From: Octopus vulgaris
Taxonomy: Eukaryota
Assembly: GCA_951406725.2 (NCBI GenBank)
Contig: OX597842.1
Location: 14,074,001 to 14,138,000, forward strand
DNA length: 64,000 bases
Direction: 5' to 3'
The position numbers were made by a program, and so were the translations under genes. Of the stretch, positions 41,559 to 57,936 are shown in pieces (position 1 is the first letter of the stretch; each line of letters starts with the position of its first letter). The notes under the pieces are model-generated. The model saw nothing but the letters and a program-made list of their open reading frames with translations. It ran no database searches and was not told the DNA's origin.

Positions 41559-41630
41559 AGAGATGTTAAACGGGAAAGATTTCGGAATATTTCTCCTTTC
41601 ATTTCTTTGATATCATTAAAACTCAAATTC
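41559..41630 (-). CDS. LRR exon, class B (72 bp): NLSFNDIKEMKGEIFRNLSRLTS(L)
   Basis: ttgacag|G AAT TTG ... TCT CT|gtaagt. Confidence 0.87.
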
Positions 41631-42678
41631 CTGTCAAATAAAATTGAGTTAATTAGAATTTGTAAGGAACTGATTGTTGATGAAGTAAAAGAAGGGAAAG
41701 GATTCAGGAAAAGCGTGAAATTAGAGGCGTCTGTCTAAAACAAGTTTAAAATTTGAAAGAAGATGGAAAAGGAAGAGGAGGCGAATAAAAGGAAGACTGA
41801 AAATATGTAGAAGGGTATGTAGGGACGGGGTAGAAGGAAAACAAAGAAAAGAGAAAAGGGGAAAATGAACAGACAGAAGAAGAATAAGCAAAACGCTGAA
41901 AGGTCGGCGGGAATCGAGTGTCCGAAAAGTATAAACCGATGAAGTGGGATGAAATCTGGAGGAACTAAAAATAAGAAGAATGAGTAGAAAATAAAGTAAA
42001 AGATGACGGCAGTGAGGCAGAAATAAAATACCTGAATTTAAAGAAGTGAAAGAAAACTTTAAGAATGAAAACAGGAAAATAAATGAAGGAAAGTAAATAG
42101 GAGCAGAAGAAAAGGTAGAAGAAAATGCAAAAGAGGCACCAGGAAAAGAAAAAAAGGTGGAGATAAAGAAAACAAAGAAAGAGATTAAGAAGGAGCTGTC
42201 GAAAATGAAGAAGACGAAGCAGAAGGAGTAAAAGAAAAATAAGATGAATGAGAGAAATAAGGAGAAGGAGGTGGAGAAAGAGGAGAAAATGAAACAGAAA
42301 ATATGTTGAAGAAGAGGGAAACGTATACAAAGAAAAAAGAAAGAAAAAGAAGGAAAAGGCGACGAAGTAGAAGAAGGAGAAGAAGAAGAAGAAGAAGAAG
42401 AAGAAGAAGAAGAAGAAGAAGAAGAAGAAGAAGAAGAAGAAGAAGAAGAAGAAGAAGAAGAAGAAGAAGAAGAAGAAGAAAATTATTTAATGATACCGAC
42501 GATGAAGTATGATGCGTTTTATTTAGTTAGTCGATAAGAATTTTAGGAAGAGAAAGAATAATTAGAAAACAAACAGAAAGAATAAAAGGAGGAAAATAGA
42601 GAAAGAAGGATATAGAGATTATTTACAACGAAGATAACGGGGAGAGAGGGAAGAATCTGAAAAGGGTAAAGAACATAA

Positions 42679-42754
<76 letters not shown>

Positions 42755-42801
42755 TGTAGTAATAGTTGTTGCTGTTGTTGTAGTAATAGTAGTAGTAAGG
42801 G

Positions 42802-43422
42802 CAAAAGGGGAGGTGTTGATGTCCAGCGTGTCTGATATAGGCACATTTGGAAGAGTGGGTTTATCAAGGATTTTGGTATTTTCCCAAGGAGGTTTTTAAA
42901 ATGGGTTGACCAATTTTCTAAGGGCTTCTTAGCTGACATGCATAAGATCTGGTCATCAAATCTAAGTAGAGACTTCAAACTTGAAATCTTCAAAGCCACA
43001 GTCGATTCAATTCTAGTATATGGCTCAGAAATCTGGACGTTATCAAAGAAGCTTGAGAGGCGGTTGGATGGAACCTACACTCGCCTCGTTATGAGGGCTC
43101 CAAATCTCTAGTGGAAGCGCCATCCAACCAAAATGCAAATATATGGGGAACTACCACCTGTGTCATCTCTTGTGAAAGGTAGAAGAGTCCAGTTTGCTGG
43201 ACATTGTTGTAGAGCTGAAAAAGAAGTAATTTCTACTCTTCTCCTCTGGAAGCCATCTACTCGCCATACCAGAGGGCGCACACTCTCCTACCCTGATGTA
43301 ATCTCCAGGGATACAGGCATCCAACAACAGGACCTCCGTAATGCCATGATGGACCGTGAAGTCTGGCGTAGCATGGTAAATTCCATTGTCTCGACCACGG
43401 TCGAACAATGATGATGATGATG
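42802..43422 (+). mobile_element. RTE/RTEX-like LINE 3' fragment with (TGA)n tail, present only in unit 2
   Basis: FKATVDSILVYGSEIWTL…RRVQFAGHCCR; candidate TSD agtagtaaggg/agtagcaaggg. Confidence 0.85.
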
Positions 43423-44171
43423 AGTAGCAAGGGAAATGTGTTTGAATTGTTGTCGTGAGAGTTACGAGGCCCTCTTGCGAGAGATACACTGGTCCGTGTA
43501 AAGTATAGATAGTAAAACCCCGAGTGAGTTGAACGTTCAGAGTTCAGAGTCGAGGGAAGCTCGTATTAGTTCACAGTGAAGTCGTAGGTTGTCGGTTGGT
43601 TACTTCACAACGAATATTGATTGTTGAGTCGTAGAATGGCCTCCGCATATAGCTGTGGAAGTCATAACGTTGTGCGTGTTACATAGGCTGGAGGGACTAA
43701 AAGAGGAATATCTATCGTGGCCGGGTGACGCCAACTCGGAGGCCGCCTTGACTTTAAAGTAAGCATGGGCGATTGCGGAGTACACGGACACAAGCGATGA
43801 TGTGGTGGAAAATTGAGAAGAGCTTGAAAAGCCTCAATGTTATAATGGGGAAGAGGCTCAGCGCCGCATTTGTAAATGGACAAGTGTTGATTGCATATTG
43901 TATATTTTCTTGTAAGTTATTGTATATTATTATTTGTAATGGTCTATTAAGTCCAATGATTGTAAAAACTGTAGTGAGAGGTTCAAAACCTCGTTTTGTT
44001 GTTTTCTGTTGAGAAGAAAGAATAATATTTTAGAGAAGCAAAAAATCGGCGGGCGTGACACCTTGGGTAATTGTCTTCTATTATATCCACAACCCGACCA
44101 AAGCCTTTTGAATGGATTTAATAGACGAAAAATATAAGAAGCCCGTGGTTTATACATACATATATACAAAC

Positions 44172-45072
<901 letters not shown>

Positions 45073-45327
45073 AAGTATGTATGTGTATGTATATGTTTGC
45101 GTGTCTGTGTTTGTCTCCCTAACATCGTTTGACAACGGGTCCCCGCCACCTAGTGGTTCGGCAAGAGGGTGCGATAGAATAAGTTCTGGGCTTACAACAA
45201 ATAAGTCCTGGGGCTGATTTGCTCGCGCTGAAAACGAGGGAGCAAGCTAACGGAAATTAATAAATTGATAGCCTTAGTTAGGTAATAAAAAAATAAAAGA
45301 ATAAATAAGAAATAAATGAATAGAAGA

Positions 45328-45361
<34 letters not shown>

Positions 45362-45442
45362 TATATATATACATATATGCGACCACAGATTAATTTTTAA
45401 AATATTTTATCCGTTATTACTATATATACACATATATACATA

Positions 45443-45501
<59 letters not shown>

Positions 45502-46038
45502 ACGCAAATATATATATATATGTACATGTATACGTATATATAAATTATTAAAATGTTTGTAAAAAATTATCTGTGGCCATCAGATCCCGTCGGATTGACT
45601 CCAAAATTTACAGGGACATGTAAAATGAGGTCAGGATGCGAGTGGGCTAGGTTTCAAAAGGTGTCGTTACTAGGGCAAAAAAATCCCGCACACTTTGACA
45701 AATCTCCTCTCATTCTCCTATCTGCACGTCTTCCTCCGTCTCTCTCTGTTTCCTCCGTTCCCATCACTTTTTCTCTATAACGACGTTTGACAGATACTAC
45801 TATCTTGCCCCCGCTGCCTTCGCCAGCGTTGTCCCTCCTTCCTTCACCGCCTCACGCCTCTCTCTCTCTCTGTATGTCTGTGTACATTCATAGAGAGTTT
45901 AATTATCGCCACCACAACTACACATTCACGACTACGAATATTATGAACCAGATATTTATTGGGTTAATTTGTATATGTGTGTGTGTTCTATATATAAATA
46001 TGTATATGTAATACATATATACAAAGTGTATAAATCTG

Positions 46039-46086
<48 letters not shown>

Positions 46087-46147
46087 TGTATACATCTGCA
46101 TATATAATGGGTACACATACATACACATACATATATATATATAATGC

Positions 46148-46188
<41 letters not shown>

Positions 46189-47188
46189 GTGCATTATGTG
46201 GTTGGTTGAGCTGAAAATATGCACACCTATGTTAAAAGTGCTGGCGAGTTTGCATGGCAACAATTTTTTTCCTCAAATGAAAAGCGTGACGTCTAGTACA
46301 AAATTCCTCATCTTATAAAATGTGGCCAGAGTAGACTTGAATGAAATCGGGTTATATTAACCAAAATGTGAAAAGGGTTCTAAATGAGGCTGGAAGGGGA
46401 TTAAAATTTACAGGACCGGGTGTTTAGGAATTCTCTGTTACATCAAGCTAAAAAATCTGCGCCAGCCTTTAAATCTTCAATGTGTTGCCGTCCATGTTAA
46501 AGAAGTTTTGAATGCTTGCATTGGTGAGTTTACTGTCGTGAGAAAGAAGCACTTCAAAACTTGGTGTTTAGGAATTTTCTATTACATCAAGTTCAAAATG
46601 TTACGCCTGCTGTCCGTCGTTAAGAAATGCCAGCCATGGTGACTATACTATCCCCAGATTCAATCCCTTCAAACTTTGGTTTCCAATATTTTAAAATTTT
46701 TATTCAGCTCGCAAGTTCGTCTGTCCCTTTTAAATGTTAGTGTTTTGCTGTCTGCCTTCAAGCAGAACTTTCCGTTGTCACTGCCTGATATTTATGATTG
46801 ATCTTATAAAATATTTTTCTTTCTCAACTTATTCAAGATTTTTGTTGTTTATAAATGGGCGAGAGATAGATAGAAACATATATAGAGTAAGAGAAAGCGA
46901 GGGAGAGTCCGAGAGAAAGGAAGAGTAAGGGATTTGGAAAGTGAGGGAGAAAGGAGAGAGAAACAAAGAGGGAGAATGTGGTGATAAAAAAACAGAAAGA
47001 AGCAATAGAATGTGACAACCACACTCTTACCCGCGCGTAGGAGCGGGTCACCTTAAGCTAGTATGCATATAATTCTAATTCTAATTATATATAGATTGGT
47101 CCAGGCCATGTCTAACTTAATAGGTGGTGCTATTAAGTTAGACATGGCCTGGACAAATCTTTGGTCGAAACATATCTAAGTTTATCTA

Positions 47189-47240
<52 letters not shown>

Positions 47241-47247
<7 letters not shown>

Positions 47248-47530
47248 ATCACGTGACCGACCAGTCCATCAGATGTAGTTACACATCGCTAGTCACAATG
47301 CTTTCGCATTGTTTTAGCCTTCGAATGACGCCACCCCGCTGGCTAAGCGAGCAGGCCAACAGAAGAAAGAGTGGTGAAAGTCTACAGCAGGTATCACCAC
47401 CTCCTGCCGGGGCCTCGTGGAGCTTTTAGTTGTTTTCGCTCAATAAACACCCACAACGCCCGGTCTGGGAATCGAAACCGCGATCCTACGAGCGCGAGTC
47501 CGCTGCCCTAACAACTGGGCCATTGCGCGT
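47241..47530 (-). mobile_element. tRNA-derived SINE (duplicate)
   Basis: Paralog of 26760-27060; B box GGTTTCGATTCC. Confidence 0.8.
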
Positions 47531-47593
47531 CAATGCTGACCAAAACCTTTCTAAGTTATTCTAAGTTCTATGTTATATATATATATATATATG

Positions 47594-47658
<65 letters not shown>

Positions 47659-47826
47659 CATTCACTAACACATATAATTACAGTCTTTCCCCAAAACCTC
47701 GCAATTCTATCGAAAAAGGAGATTCATGAGTAAGGCGAGGGCGGGACGCAAATTACATGGGAATATTTTAAATGGTTAGTAATATATTGTGAATGAAATA
47801 TTATCAACAAGACTTTTGCAGCTTAC

Positions 47827-47898
47827 AGATATCTTAACCTGGTCAGATCATCGAATGTCCCTACTTCAATTTTGTCGATATTATTTTCATTCAAGTAT
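47827..47898 (-). CDS. LRR exon, class C (72 bp): YLNENNIDKIEVGTFDDLTRLRY(L)
   Basis: gttacag|A TAC TTG ... TAT CT|gtaagc. Confidence 0.87.
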
Positions 47899-48884
47899 CT
47901 GTAACAGAAAAGTTTGGCCAATAAGGTAACGTTGGGAAAAGTATTATTGTAAAATGTTATCAATGAAATGTCTATAAAATATAATTTCAGATGATTAGAA
48001 AATGTAGAGAAGTGTGTTCTTATTAAATGTAAAATATTATGGTTAAACAATTACTTTTTGGGGGACAGAAAAGTAAATGAGAATGGTGATGTTAATATTG
48101 AGAAGGACGGAATGAACAGGCGGAGTAGAATGGTGGTGATGGAGGTGGTCGTGGTGACTTAGGTGAACATAAAGATGTTGTGTAAAAAGGATGGTAGTAA
48201 GGTGGATGAAGATAATATTGTTGCTGATGATGGAGGTAAAATCGGCGATAACGATACTAATGATGATAATTATGGTAGGATAATGGTGATGAAATTGATG
48301 ATGATGATGATGATGATGACGATGACTATGATGATGATGAAGATGATGATGTTGATGGTGGTGGTGATGAAGATTTTGATTACGACTGTGAAGCTGGTGC
48401 TGTTTCTAAGATAATAATGAATATGTTGATGAAGTTAAATTTCAGGGTGTTCGAGTTAATGCAGACGACTATGATGATGGTAATGTTGATGATGGTGATG
48501 ATGAAACGATGCGATTGTCGATAAAAGAGAAAAGAAAGGAAGGAACATGCAAAAGCGTAATGCGAATGTAATTTGAAATGTCAGACTAAAAGATGATTGT
48601 GGTTTGTAAGGAATTGATGAAGGAGGAGGAGAATAAAAAGAAAAGGAAAAGGAATCAAAATGAGTAGAATAAGAAGAATAAGATTACAATAATGAATCAG
48701 GAGGAAAAGTCTTGGAGAATTGAAAGACGTGAAAGTAAAATGAAATAAAGGAAAAGGCAGAAAATAGAATAAGAATAATAAATAGAAGAAAAGTAAGAAG
48801 AAGAAGAAAAAGAAGAAGAAGAAGAAAAAGATGTAAAGGACAAAGGTAAAAATGGAAAAGAAGCAACAGAAAAAAGAGCAGAAG

Positions 48885-48945
<61 letters not shown>

Positions 48946-49314
48946 AATGATGATGATGGTGTTGGTGTTGGTGGTGGTGAAGTATGATGATGATCATGTA
49001 TATGAAGGTGATGAGGATTATGATGATGATGATGATGATGATGATGATGTTGAGGAGGAGGAGGAGGAGGGGGAGGGGGAGGATTATGACGAACTAGAGA
49101 TTGTCGTTTATTGAAAATACTACTGATGACGAAAATGTTGACGTTCTTGTTGACGTAATTTCTGAACAGATATATTTAGAAGGAAAATCAGAAAAACATG
49201 AATGAATGAGGATTAAAAGCAACAATACGTTTTATATATATGATGATGAAAACAGAGAGGAGAGAAATCTGAAAAGCCTCAAAGGCATAGTTTTAGTAAT
49301 AGTAGTAGTAGTAC

Positions 49315-49357
<43 letters not shown>

Positions 49358-50491
49358 TGCTGTTGTTGTTGTTGTAGTAGTAGTATTCTGGGATACTATG
49401 ACCAGGATTAAACCCCAAATACCAAATTTTCGCTTTCTATGAATGCACCGGAAACACTTCAAGCCGATTTCGGTTGATTTATGAAAGCATGATCATTAAA
49501 AAATTTAATCTAATACTATATATATTTTAATAACAGACTGGAAACTCAATTCTCAACAAAAAACAGCGAGAGATGGCAGATAACCTCCTGGGTTTTGAAA
49601 CCGTAACTGCATTTAACTATACAGTAACACCATAAACAATCTCAAATACTAATTGCTCACGCCACTTATCACAAAACCAATGAAAGTTTATCTCCGAACG
49701 GAACCTGGGCCGCAGAAAAAAACAAACTGATTCCTTTAGAGAATCAACCAACGGTTGATGACTATTCCTTCGGAGAGGTCAACCAAGCAGAGTGACAAAC
49801 TTGACCAAAATAAAAGACACGGATTTATCAAATTAAAGTGACGTCATGAATCTTACAACCGATCAAAATCTGTTCCTATGTATAGAGAACAAACTATCAC
49901 TATATAGGAGAGACGAGTATGTCATTGAAACGAAGAATCATTCTGCATAAAGTGCAGATTCACTACCCGCAATACAAACAGATTTCTTTAAGTGAACACA
50001 TGGAGAAATGTGCAGGTAACATCAAGCGAAATTTCACAGCTTCCCCTTCTAGTAGAGCAATGATACAATTTCTATATAAGAACGTTTAAATAAAGAAAAT
50101 CATTCATCGATAAATACAGAGCACATCTAAATATGGACGCATAACTAACTTTGATATTTTAATTAATGATTACATAACCCTCACGGTACATATTTCTCCC
50201 CACTATAATTATTGAATTTTTTTGTATATATATATATATATATATATATTTCTTACCCTACCAAAAGATAAACAATTATCTCCCCTGTCCGCAATAATAA
50301 TGATCACCAATTAGCTCCTCTCAGATTTTTCTATTTGTTGAATCTTTCATTCATAAACTCGACTGAAATTGTACTCAGAAAATAAAGACGGACAAAATGG
50401 TGCTAGGCGTTTCACTCGGAGTACGAACGATTCTGCCATTTCGTTTCCTTATTGTCAATGAACTATTATGAAAAAACCTGTCCCTCTTCCA

Positions 50492-50544
50492 GTTTTTCGA
50501 TGGAGTCTTCTTCAATGTTTTCGATGTCATTATCGCACAAATCT
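50492..50544 (-). pseudogene. Duplicate of the LRR pseudo-exon, with an extra 1-bp insertion and an F>I change
   Basis: Paralog of 29977-30028 in the second duplication unit. Confidence 0.68.
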
Positions 50545-50995
50545 CCCTAACATAAAAGTTAGTTGATAAGAATATAGAAAAGATTTGTGATAAAATATTG
50601 AACTTTATAGCCAAAATTTTTGTTGATGAAATAGACGGAAAGTCCATATCGATGAAGATGATGATAAGAAAAAGGTGGAGGAGAGACGGAGGGAGAAGGA
50701 CGGGAGAAGATTGGTTATCGTAGTGGTTGTGTCAGACATCGTTGTCATATAGAATAGGATTTTGAAGCTTAAAACTGGAGGGTGATGGTTGTTTTGATGA
50801 AGAAACTTGCTGTTGCTGATGATTGTGATGGTGATGTTAATGGTAATGATTCTGATGAGGATAATTGTGATGATAATGAGTATGTTTTTAACGTTGATTT
50901 TGAAACTGACGATGTTCCTGATGACGATGATGGTGAATGGATTAAAACTTAATACATTCACATGTACTCACACATATCATTAGACATAAATATAA

Positions 50996-52212
50996 CAGGT
51001 GAAACAGCGTAACTGTCCTCATAAATTCTTCGAAATTTTAAAACCATTAAACGTATCTATTTTGCATTTTTTAATATGCTTTGCACATAAGACGACTGGA
51101 CATACTGACACCAGTTTTTATAAGAATCAGTAAAATATCTATTGAGATATTTAGCTAGAAATGGAACAGGCTGAAATCGTTTTGTGCCAACTTCACCATG
51201 TCTTCCCAACTGAACAATAGAGAGGGCTAAGATCCTTCAGAGCTTCAGTAATGGTACTGACATTCATTCTCTATCTTTCACCTTCAAAGTCCATTTAAGA
51301 AGCATCAAGAATATTGTGAATAAGTCTGAGAAATCGGTAATAGTGGAGAGGAACACTTAGCCAGGGGGGTTATAACCACGGGAAGGATCATCATTTCCAT
51401 CTGGAGCTGAAACGATCAATCAAAAGAGATCCAACGCAATCCATAAGATGCTTGGCGTGTGAGAGAGGAGTGTCAGCTATAACAGTTGTTCGCAATCGGT
51501 AAGAGACGATTGGAAAATGAAATTGTAAATGAGACCTGTGAGGCATCTTGTAACTCAGGACAACAGTTTAGAAGGTTGGAGAAGACAAAGTTCATCAGGA
51601 TCAAAGTATAACGCAACCCTCCAGTAATATTTTGCACAGATGAGAAGAGTTTCACCCACGATATGCAGACAAACTGATGCAACAGACGCGTTCTGATTTC
51701 AGCTTCTCACGAGAGAGCCAGAAATGTCAATTACAGGTGCAAAACCCGTGGCAAGGTGGTGATTTACATTAGCATGCCCTCTCGCGGAAAGAAGATGTTC
51801 CTGGTGACACAAGAGCATTAAGTCAAAATTTTCGCAGGGATGAGTTTGCGAACAGGTTTTAGGATAAAGACATTTGGCTTCATTCATCACCTGATTTAAG
51901 CCCTTTAGACGTCAGCATCTGGGATGAACTGGTCAGAAAGAGTTTGTGAGAAGCCCCACAAATATCTGCAATCCCATCGCCCAAAAAAACTCCATCCATA
52001 GAGAAGGTGGGAGGAGAATATTGATGAAGAAGTCATGAAGAATGCTTTGGTGTAGACAGGAAGAGGATTTAGGATGCTATTACCGAAAGAGGAGTAACCC
52101 TTGATACCTAGCATGCAGACTTCTGGCTAGACCCCCTCCTTGGCCCATTGAACTATAACTTTAAGCTTCCGTTCGAACTTTATTCTAATAGTTCATTAGC
52201 TCCCAACCCTGA
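50996..52212 (+). mobile_element. Duplicate of the DD37D/maT-like transposon remnant
   Basis: Paralog of 30485-31705. Confidence 0.65.
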
Positions 52213-52841
52213 AGTATTTATAAAAATATCGTTTCCGCCAATGATTATTTCATTCGTGATTCTTCTTGCGGAGTTGGAGAGTAGTCAACATTTCTTCTTT
52301 CTCAAAGCAGGGTGAATTTGCATTAGAAAAACCTCTCATAATCCATTAAGTTATCTTTAAATATTCTTAATATACAAAGTTCCGAATTTGAATCTAAAAT
52401 TTGGAAATCTTGCTGATACATTCAGTATATGTACATCCATACACAAAAATATATGAAAAAGATTAACAGATAAACCAAGAAAACTTGAACAAAAAAGAAA
52501 ACAAGGAGAAATAGACGATGAAATATCGAATAATGAATATTTCAATTTTAAGTAGACAAACATTTTGCAAACAAAGGACATGAAATATAGAGGAAAAATC
52601 TTAAGATTAATCCGATAACAAGAGCATGATTACATATATATCAGGAGATAATGCAAAAAAGATTATACAACCATGCTCTTTCACTTTCACAAAGATTCAA
52701 CGATACTTAGAGAAAACTATGGAGAGAGTAAGAATGTTTGATAGGGACAACTAGAGATAGAGAAAAGCAAAGTTAGAGAAACTATTGACAATCTAGATAT
52801 ACGGATAATTAAAAAGTACGAACAAAAGCGACCCAACTCAC

Positions 52842-52913
52842 AATTCTTCTAAATTCGGAAGGTTTGCAAAGATATCACGTTGAATATACGTTATGTTATT
52901 GTCGTTCAGATAT
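52842..52913 (-). CDS. LRR exon, class D (72 bp): YLNDNNITYIQRDIFANLPNLEE(L)
   Basis: gttacag|A TAT CTG ... GAA TT|gtgagt. Confidence 0.87.
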
Positions 52914-54277
52914 CTGTAACATAAAATTGAGTTCATTACAAACATATAAAAACATTCGTAAGAAAATATTAAATACTTTGGCAAAAAAATAAATTTAGAT
53001 GTAAGGTATTGGATATGATGATGACAAGAGGATGAGAAGAAAGAATATTGAGAAGATGAAGTGGAAGAAGAAGAAACAGAAGAAAAAAATTAAAAAGAAG
53101 CAGTAGAAGAAAATGAAAAGAACGAAAATGATTAAAATAAAGTAGAAGAAGCAGAAGGAGGGGACGAGGTGAGGAAGAAGGGTGAATGGGGCTGTAGAGT
53201 AAAAAAATTAAAACAAATTTCAAAAAAGAGTGAGTAGCAGAGGAAGGAGGAGGAGGAGAAGAAGAAGAAGAAGACGAAGAAGAAGGGGAGGAAATGAGGC
53301 TGGAGAAGGCGTAAAGAAGAAAAAATAGAAGGCGAAGGAGATTCAGTAGAAGTAGAAGGCGAACAAGATTAAGGAGAAGTAGAAGGCGAAGAAGATTAAG
53401 GAGAAGTAGAAGTCGAAAAAAGTAGAAGAAATCAATTTGTATAAAAAATAGTAATATGAATAATGAATTTCTAAATACACAACTGCCAGGGGAATTCAGG
53501 GATGGTAAACAGCTTTGATCTGGAAAGAAAACCTGAACATGACACCGACACTTAAATGTTTAGTTTATGCAATAAAAATAATAGGAAAGGCAAAAACTCA
53601 CATACATACATACACATGGTACGTTATTGTACACACACACATCTACACATGCATATATTCACGTGACGACTGAAATGCGTGAATGTATGTCTGAGTTTGC
53701 CTATGTAACTAGATGGATGTGAGGGCTGGAGGTGAAACTGTGTAAAAAGATAAACAGACTGGCAGTGAAACACGAAATTTTGTCATTTCGATTAAAGCAA
53801 TAAAATAAATTAACTGACTGTGAGTGTATGAGTATCTATGCCTGTGAGTCTGAGTTTCTTTCAGCATTAAGTACGCTATTAAATATAAAAATCTACACAT
53901 ACATATACATATGTGACAACTGATAAGCGTGAATGATATGTGTGTGTCTATCTTACTATATGTATGTGAGTATATGTGAGGGCCATGTTGTTCCACGACG
54001 ACCACGACGACGTAACATTTCCTATATCATTGTGCATCAGACTGTCAGTGTATGTGTGTGTGCTTATATCTTATGAGTTTAAGAAAAAAATAGTTTCTTC
54101 TTCCACAGTACTATGGATATATTTGTGTATGAGAGAGGGTGCCACTTATACAAACATGCAAGGAAAATGCATACATGACAACACACACCTTCACACACAC
54201 ATACACGCAAACACGCTCACACTCATCTAGTATACACACATCTTTCACCCAAGTCACTTTATATATATATATATTTA

Positions 54278-55215
54278 CAGGGTTGGACAAAATAATGGAA
54301 ACACCTAGCATCATAGCATCGTAATTTTGAAATATCTATAAAACCGTCAAAAGCTTGTTTATCTTATGTTTTTTTTTAAAATTTATTATTAGTGTTGCTT
54401 GCTAAAATTAGTTCTTTTCAGACTAAAGAACGGTAATTAGAATACATTTAAATGACAGATATATCGAACTTTCAAACAGGTCAACTTGTTGGTCCTCGTA
54501 TGGCAGGTGCAAGCGTAACGTAAACACCCGAAATGCTTTGTGCATCAAAAAGTTCTGTCTCGAAAATAATGACAACCTTTGAGAAAGAAGGCAAAATGTG
54601 CTCGTCGAAACAACTCCGGAAGGAAACCAAATCACGTAGATAGGGACTGTTGGACTCTTACACGAATTGTTAGAAAGGATCATTAAAGTACAGCTCCCAA
54701 AATTACTGCACAGCCTTAATGGCCACCTCTAAAGCCTAGTTTCCACAAAAACCGTTCGGACTTGTGATGATCTTGGGGGATTTATCTTTTATATCCGCCG
54801 GCCCAATGTTTTGACTTCATGGCAGAATTAATAATGAAGACTAAGCCTTTTATCTGATCCAATTCATCCTATTGTTGCGAAACTGTTTTCACAGGGATGA
54901 TATTCCACCAATTCACACAGCTAACGTTGCTACTGAATGGCACGTTGAACATTCTAATGAAGTTGAACAACTTATCTGACCAACACAGACCCAAGATCTC
55001 AATATTATTAAACATTTATGGTGCATTTTAGAAAAACAAGTAAGGAGTCGATATCGTCCACCATCATCACTACAAAGACTGGAGATTGTTTTAGCTGAAG
55101 AGGGGACAAAAAATCCTTTGGAAACAATTCAAATTTTGTACGAGTCCATACCTCGTAGAATTCAAGCTATAATTACCACCAAAGGCGATGCTACCTCATA
55201 TCAAAATAAATTCGT
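54278..55215 (+). mobile_element. Tc1-like transposon (duplicate)
   Basis: TA|cagggttggacaaaataatggaaacacc. Confidence 0.82.
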
Positions 55216-55230
55216 TTATACATACATACA

Positions 55231-55289
<59 letters not shown>

Positions 55290-55291
<2 letters not shown>

Positions 55292-56855
55292 TGATATGAC
55301 AGCTGCATCCTCGTTACTTGAGAAAAGCCATTGCCAAGAAGACTTACTCAAATGATTCATGATTGTTGCCATGTGATGCCCTTATATGACTTTTAAGCCT
55401 GGTCAAGCTTTTACACGTTTCATTACTTACTAGACAACTGTGCTAGCTGGCAGGAGAAACAGGTCCCACTGTATGCACTCTCTTAACATGTCTTTTTAGA
55501 CCTCCAACGTACAAGTACTCCCTTCCTCATATTACACACTTTTCGTAATGACTTTTAATAGCCATATCATTGTTTATCATGGTTCGATTCCTATGAGAAG
55601 TTTGATGGTTCACCAGGCCTGCAAGACTCAAGCACTTCCACCCACAGACCACACTCATAAAAACCCAACACTCTCTCACACTCCACAGGTTCCCCATAAT
55701 AAGACCTCTCCTAATTCTCTCATACTTCACACTCACTCTTCCTCTCTCAAACTTTGAACAACCATCATGCATTATCTTCCTCCATCCATCACGATCTTGT
55801 GCCTCCTTCTCCCAAGTACCATCTGCAATTCCTGTCTACATTGGAGCATTTTTAAGGCAATCCTTAAACCTTAGTTTAGGCTTATGCGCTGGTCTCCTGC
55901 GATTTTCCATCTCACCATACAATAGCTGCTTGGGCAGTCGCTCTTCCCTCATCCTTACCAAATGTCCTCCCACCTCAAACGTCTTTGCAAAACCATTGAT
56001 TCTATACATCTACTGCCACTCCTCTCAAGTACCTACACATTACTAATGGCCATGCCCAAACATATCCCCAAACTTTTCCTCAGACAGTTTTGATGAAATC
56101 GCTCCAATTGCCTTAATTGCCTCCGGTAAACAACCCATGCTTCACTTCCATATAGCAAAGATGGGAGGACGCATGTGTTATATACCTTAACTTTAATTCG
56201 TGAAGATATATTAAGTTGTTTCCAGAGACGCCTATCAAGCCTACCAAAAGAACTACTAGCCCTCCTGATTCTGTATGAAATTTCATCATCAAGACCAGCA
56301 GTGCTCAAACTACTTCTTAAATAAATAAATCTAGGTACCGTTTTCAACCTTTGACCATTCACAGTTATAAAAAGTTCCACATACATCTTAGAAGGAGCGA
56401 GATGGTACATTATAACAGTTTTTATTTTAGATTGATTGTTAGACCCAATGCTGCACTTGCATTCATCATGTGCTGCATATCTTTCTGAGAATGTGCCAAC
56501 AGGTCACAATCATCTGCATACAGAAACGCAACAAAGTGAAAATACAGAACTTTCGTTTTGGCACAGTCTTTTGAGATTGAACAGATTTCCTGTTGTCCTA
56601 TATCTTATATAGACCCGTTCAGGGCCATCTTTAAAATATTAGATAGACCGTTGCGAAATATATAGCAAACAGCGTAGGAACAGGAGTATCACCTTGCTTT
56701 ACACCATTTGCTACAGAAATTGGGTCTTGACATGAAATTGTCTAAGCATCCTCACAAATGTTTCAGAACATCCTAGCTTTTTAGGATCTCCCAAAGTGCA
56801 ATTCTATTGATAGAATCAAACACTTTTGTTTTGTCAATGAAAACCTGGTATAAGA
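55290..56855 (-). mobile_element. RTE-clade LINE fragment (duplicate)
   Basis: ORF 56033..56410. Confidence 0.85.
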
Positions 56856-57895
56856 AATTATCCAGAAATAGTTTAAAATTTATACATATTATATACTGAA
56901 ATACTGACTCATCAGATGGTATCTGTGAATATTTATTAATTGGTATATACTGGTATTTAATAAAGGAATACTGAAGTAAAAGAACATATATATTAATTAA
57001 ATTATAAACTAAGCAGTTTATTATAAGTAGTGAATATACCAGTATTGTTTTATATAAACCAAGTATGAATTTATAGATGTGAAAAATTACATTTATTTCA
57101 TAAATACATAAAGGCTAATTATATAAAAATAAAGGAAGAAAATAATCGGGTAGGGCAGAACACCCTAGAAAAAGAATAAAATAGCTTAATCACTATTGTA
57201 TGGTGAGATGGAAGCATGATAACGTGTATGTAGTTTATTAACAACAACAGAGAAGACTTATATAAAATGTATAATAATTCAAAATATATTAGACTAAAAA
57301 TTATATATTTACTTATTTAGCTAGTATCAATAAGACTGATACCTGAGTATTAGCTAAAGGAATATTTAAGTTATAGGACATTCTAATTTTCACTATTTTT
57401 TAAACTATAGTTTTAAGAAGTTATCATTATTACTCCAATCATGACATTTCTAGTTTCTTAGGGGTACTTAATTAGAAGGGTTATTTATATAAAGGCCCTT
57501 ATAAATATATTAAGATCAGGAGGGTAGAGCTGTTTAAGAAAGGGATAAATCAAGTAATTGCTAAAGATCATTTCTAATAACATTGCCTTATTGTATAAAG
57601 TTAAAATTTAGGGTAATCATGTAGATTATTATGAATGATATTCTAACAAAAAGGATAAACCTTATTTGAATACTTTTGGGTATATACCAAATTTTAACAT
57701 TTAGAGGGGGGAAAAGAAAATTACAAAGAAATAGCTTAATATTTATACCTATTATTTATCTAAATATTAACTTATTAGATGGTTTCTATGAAGATTGATC
57801 GATTAGATCTAACAGATATTTAATAAGGGAGCACTGAGGTTAAAGAACATGCTAACTATATACAAATTTAAATATATTGAACTATTTTAAGCTGT

Positions 57896-57936
<41 letters not shown>

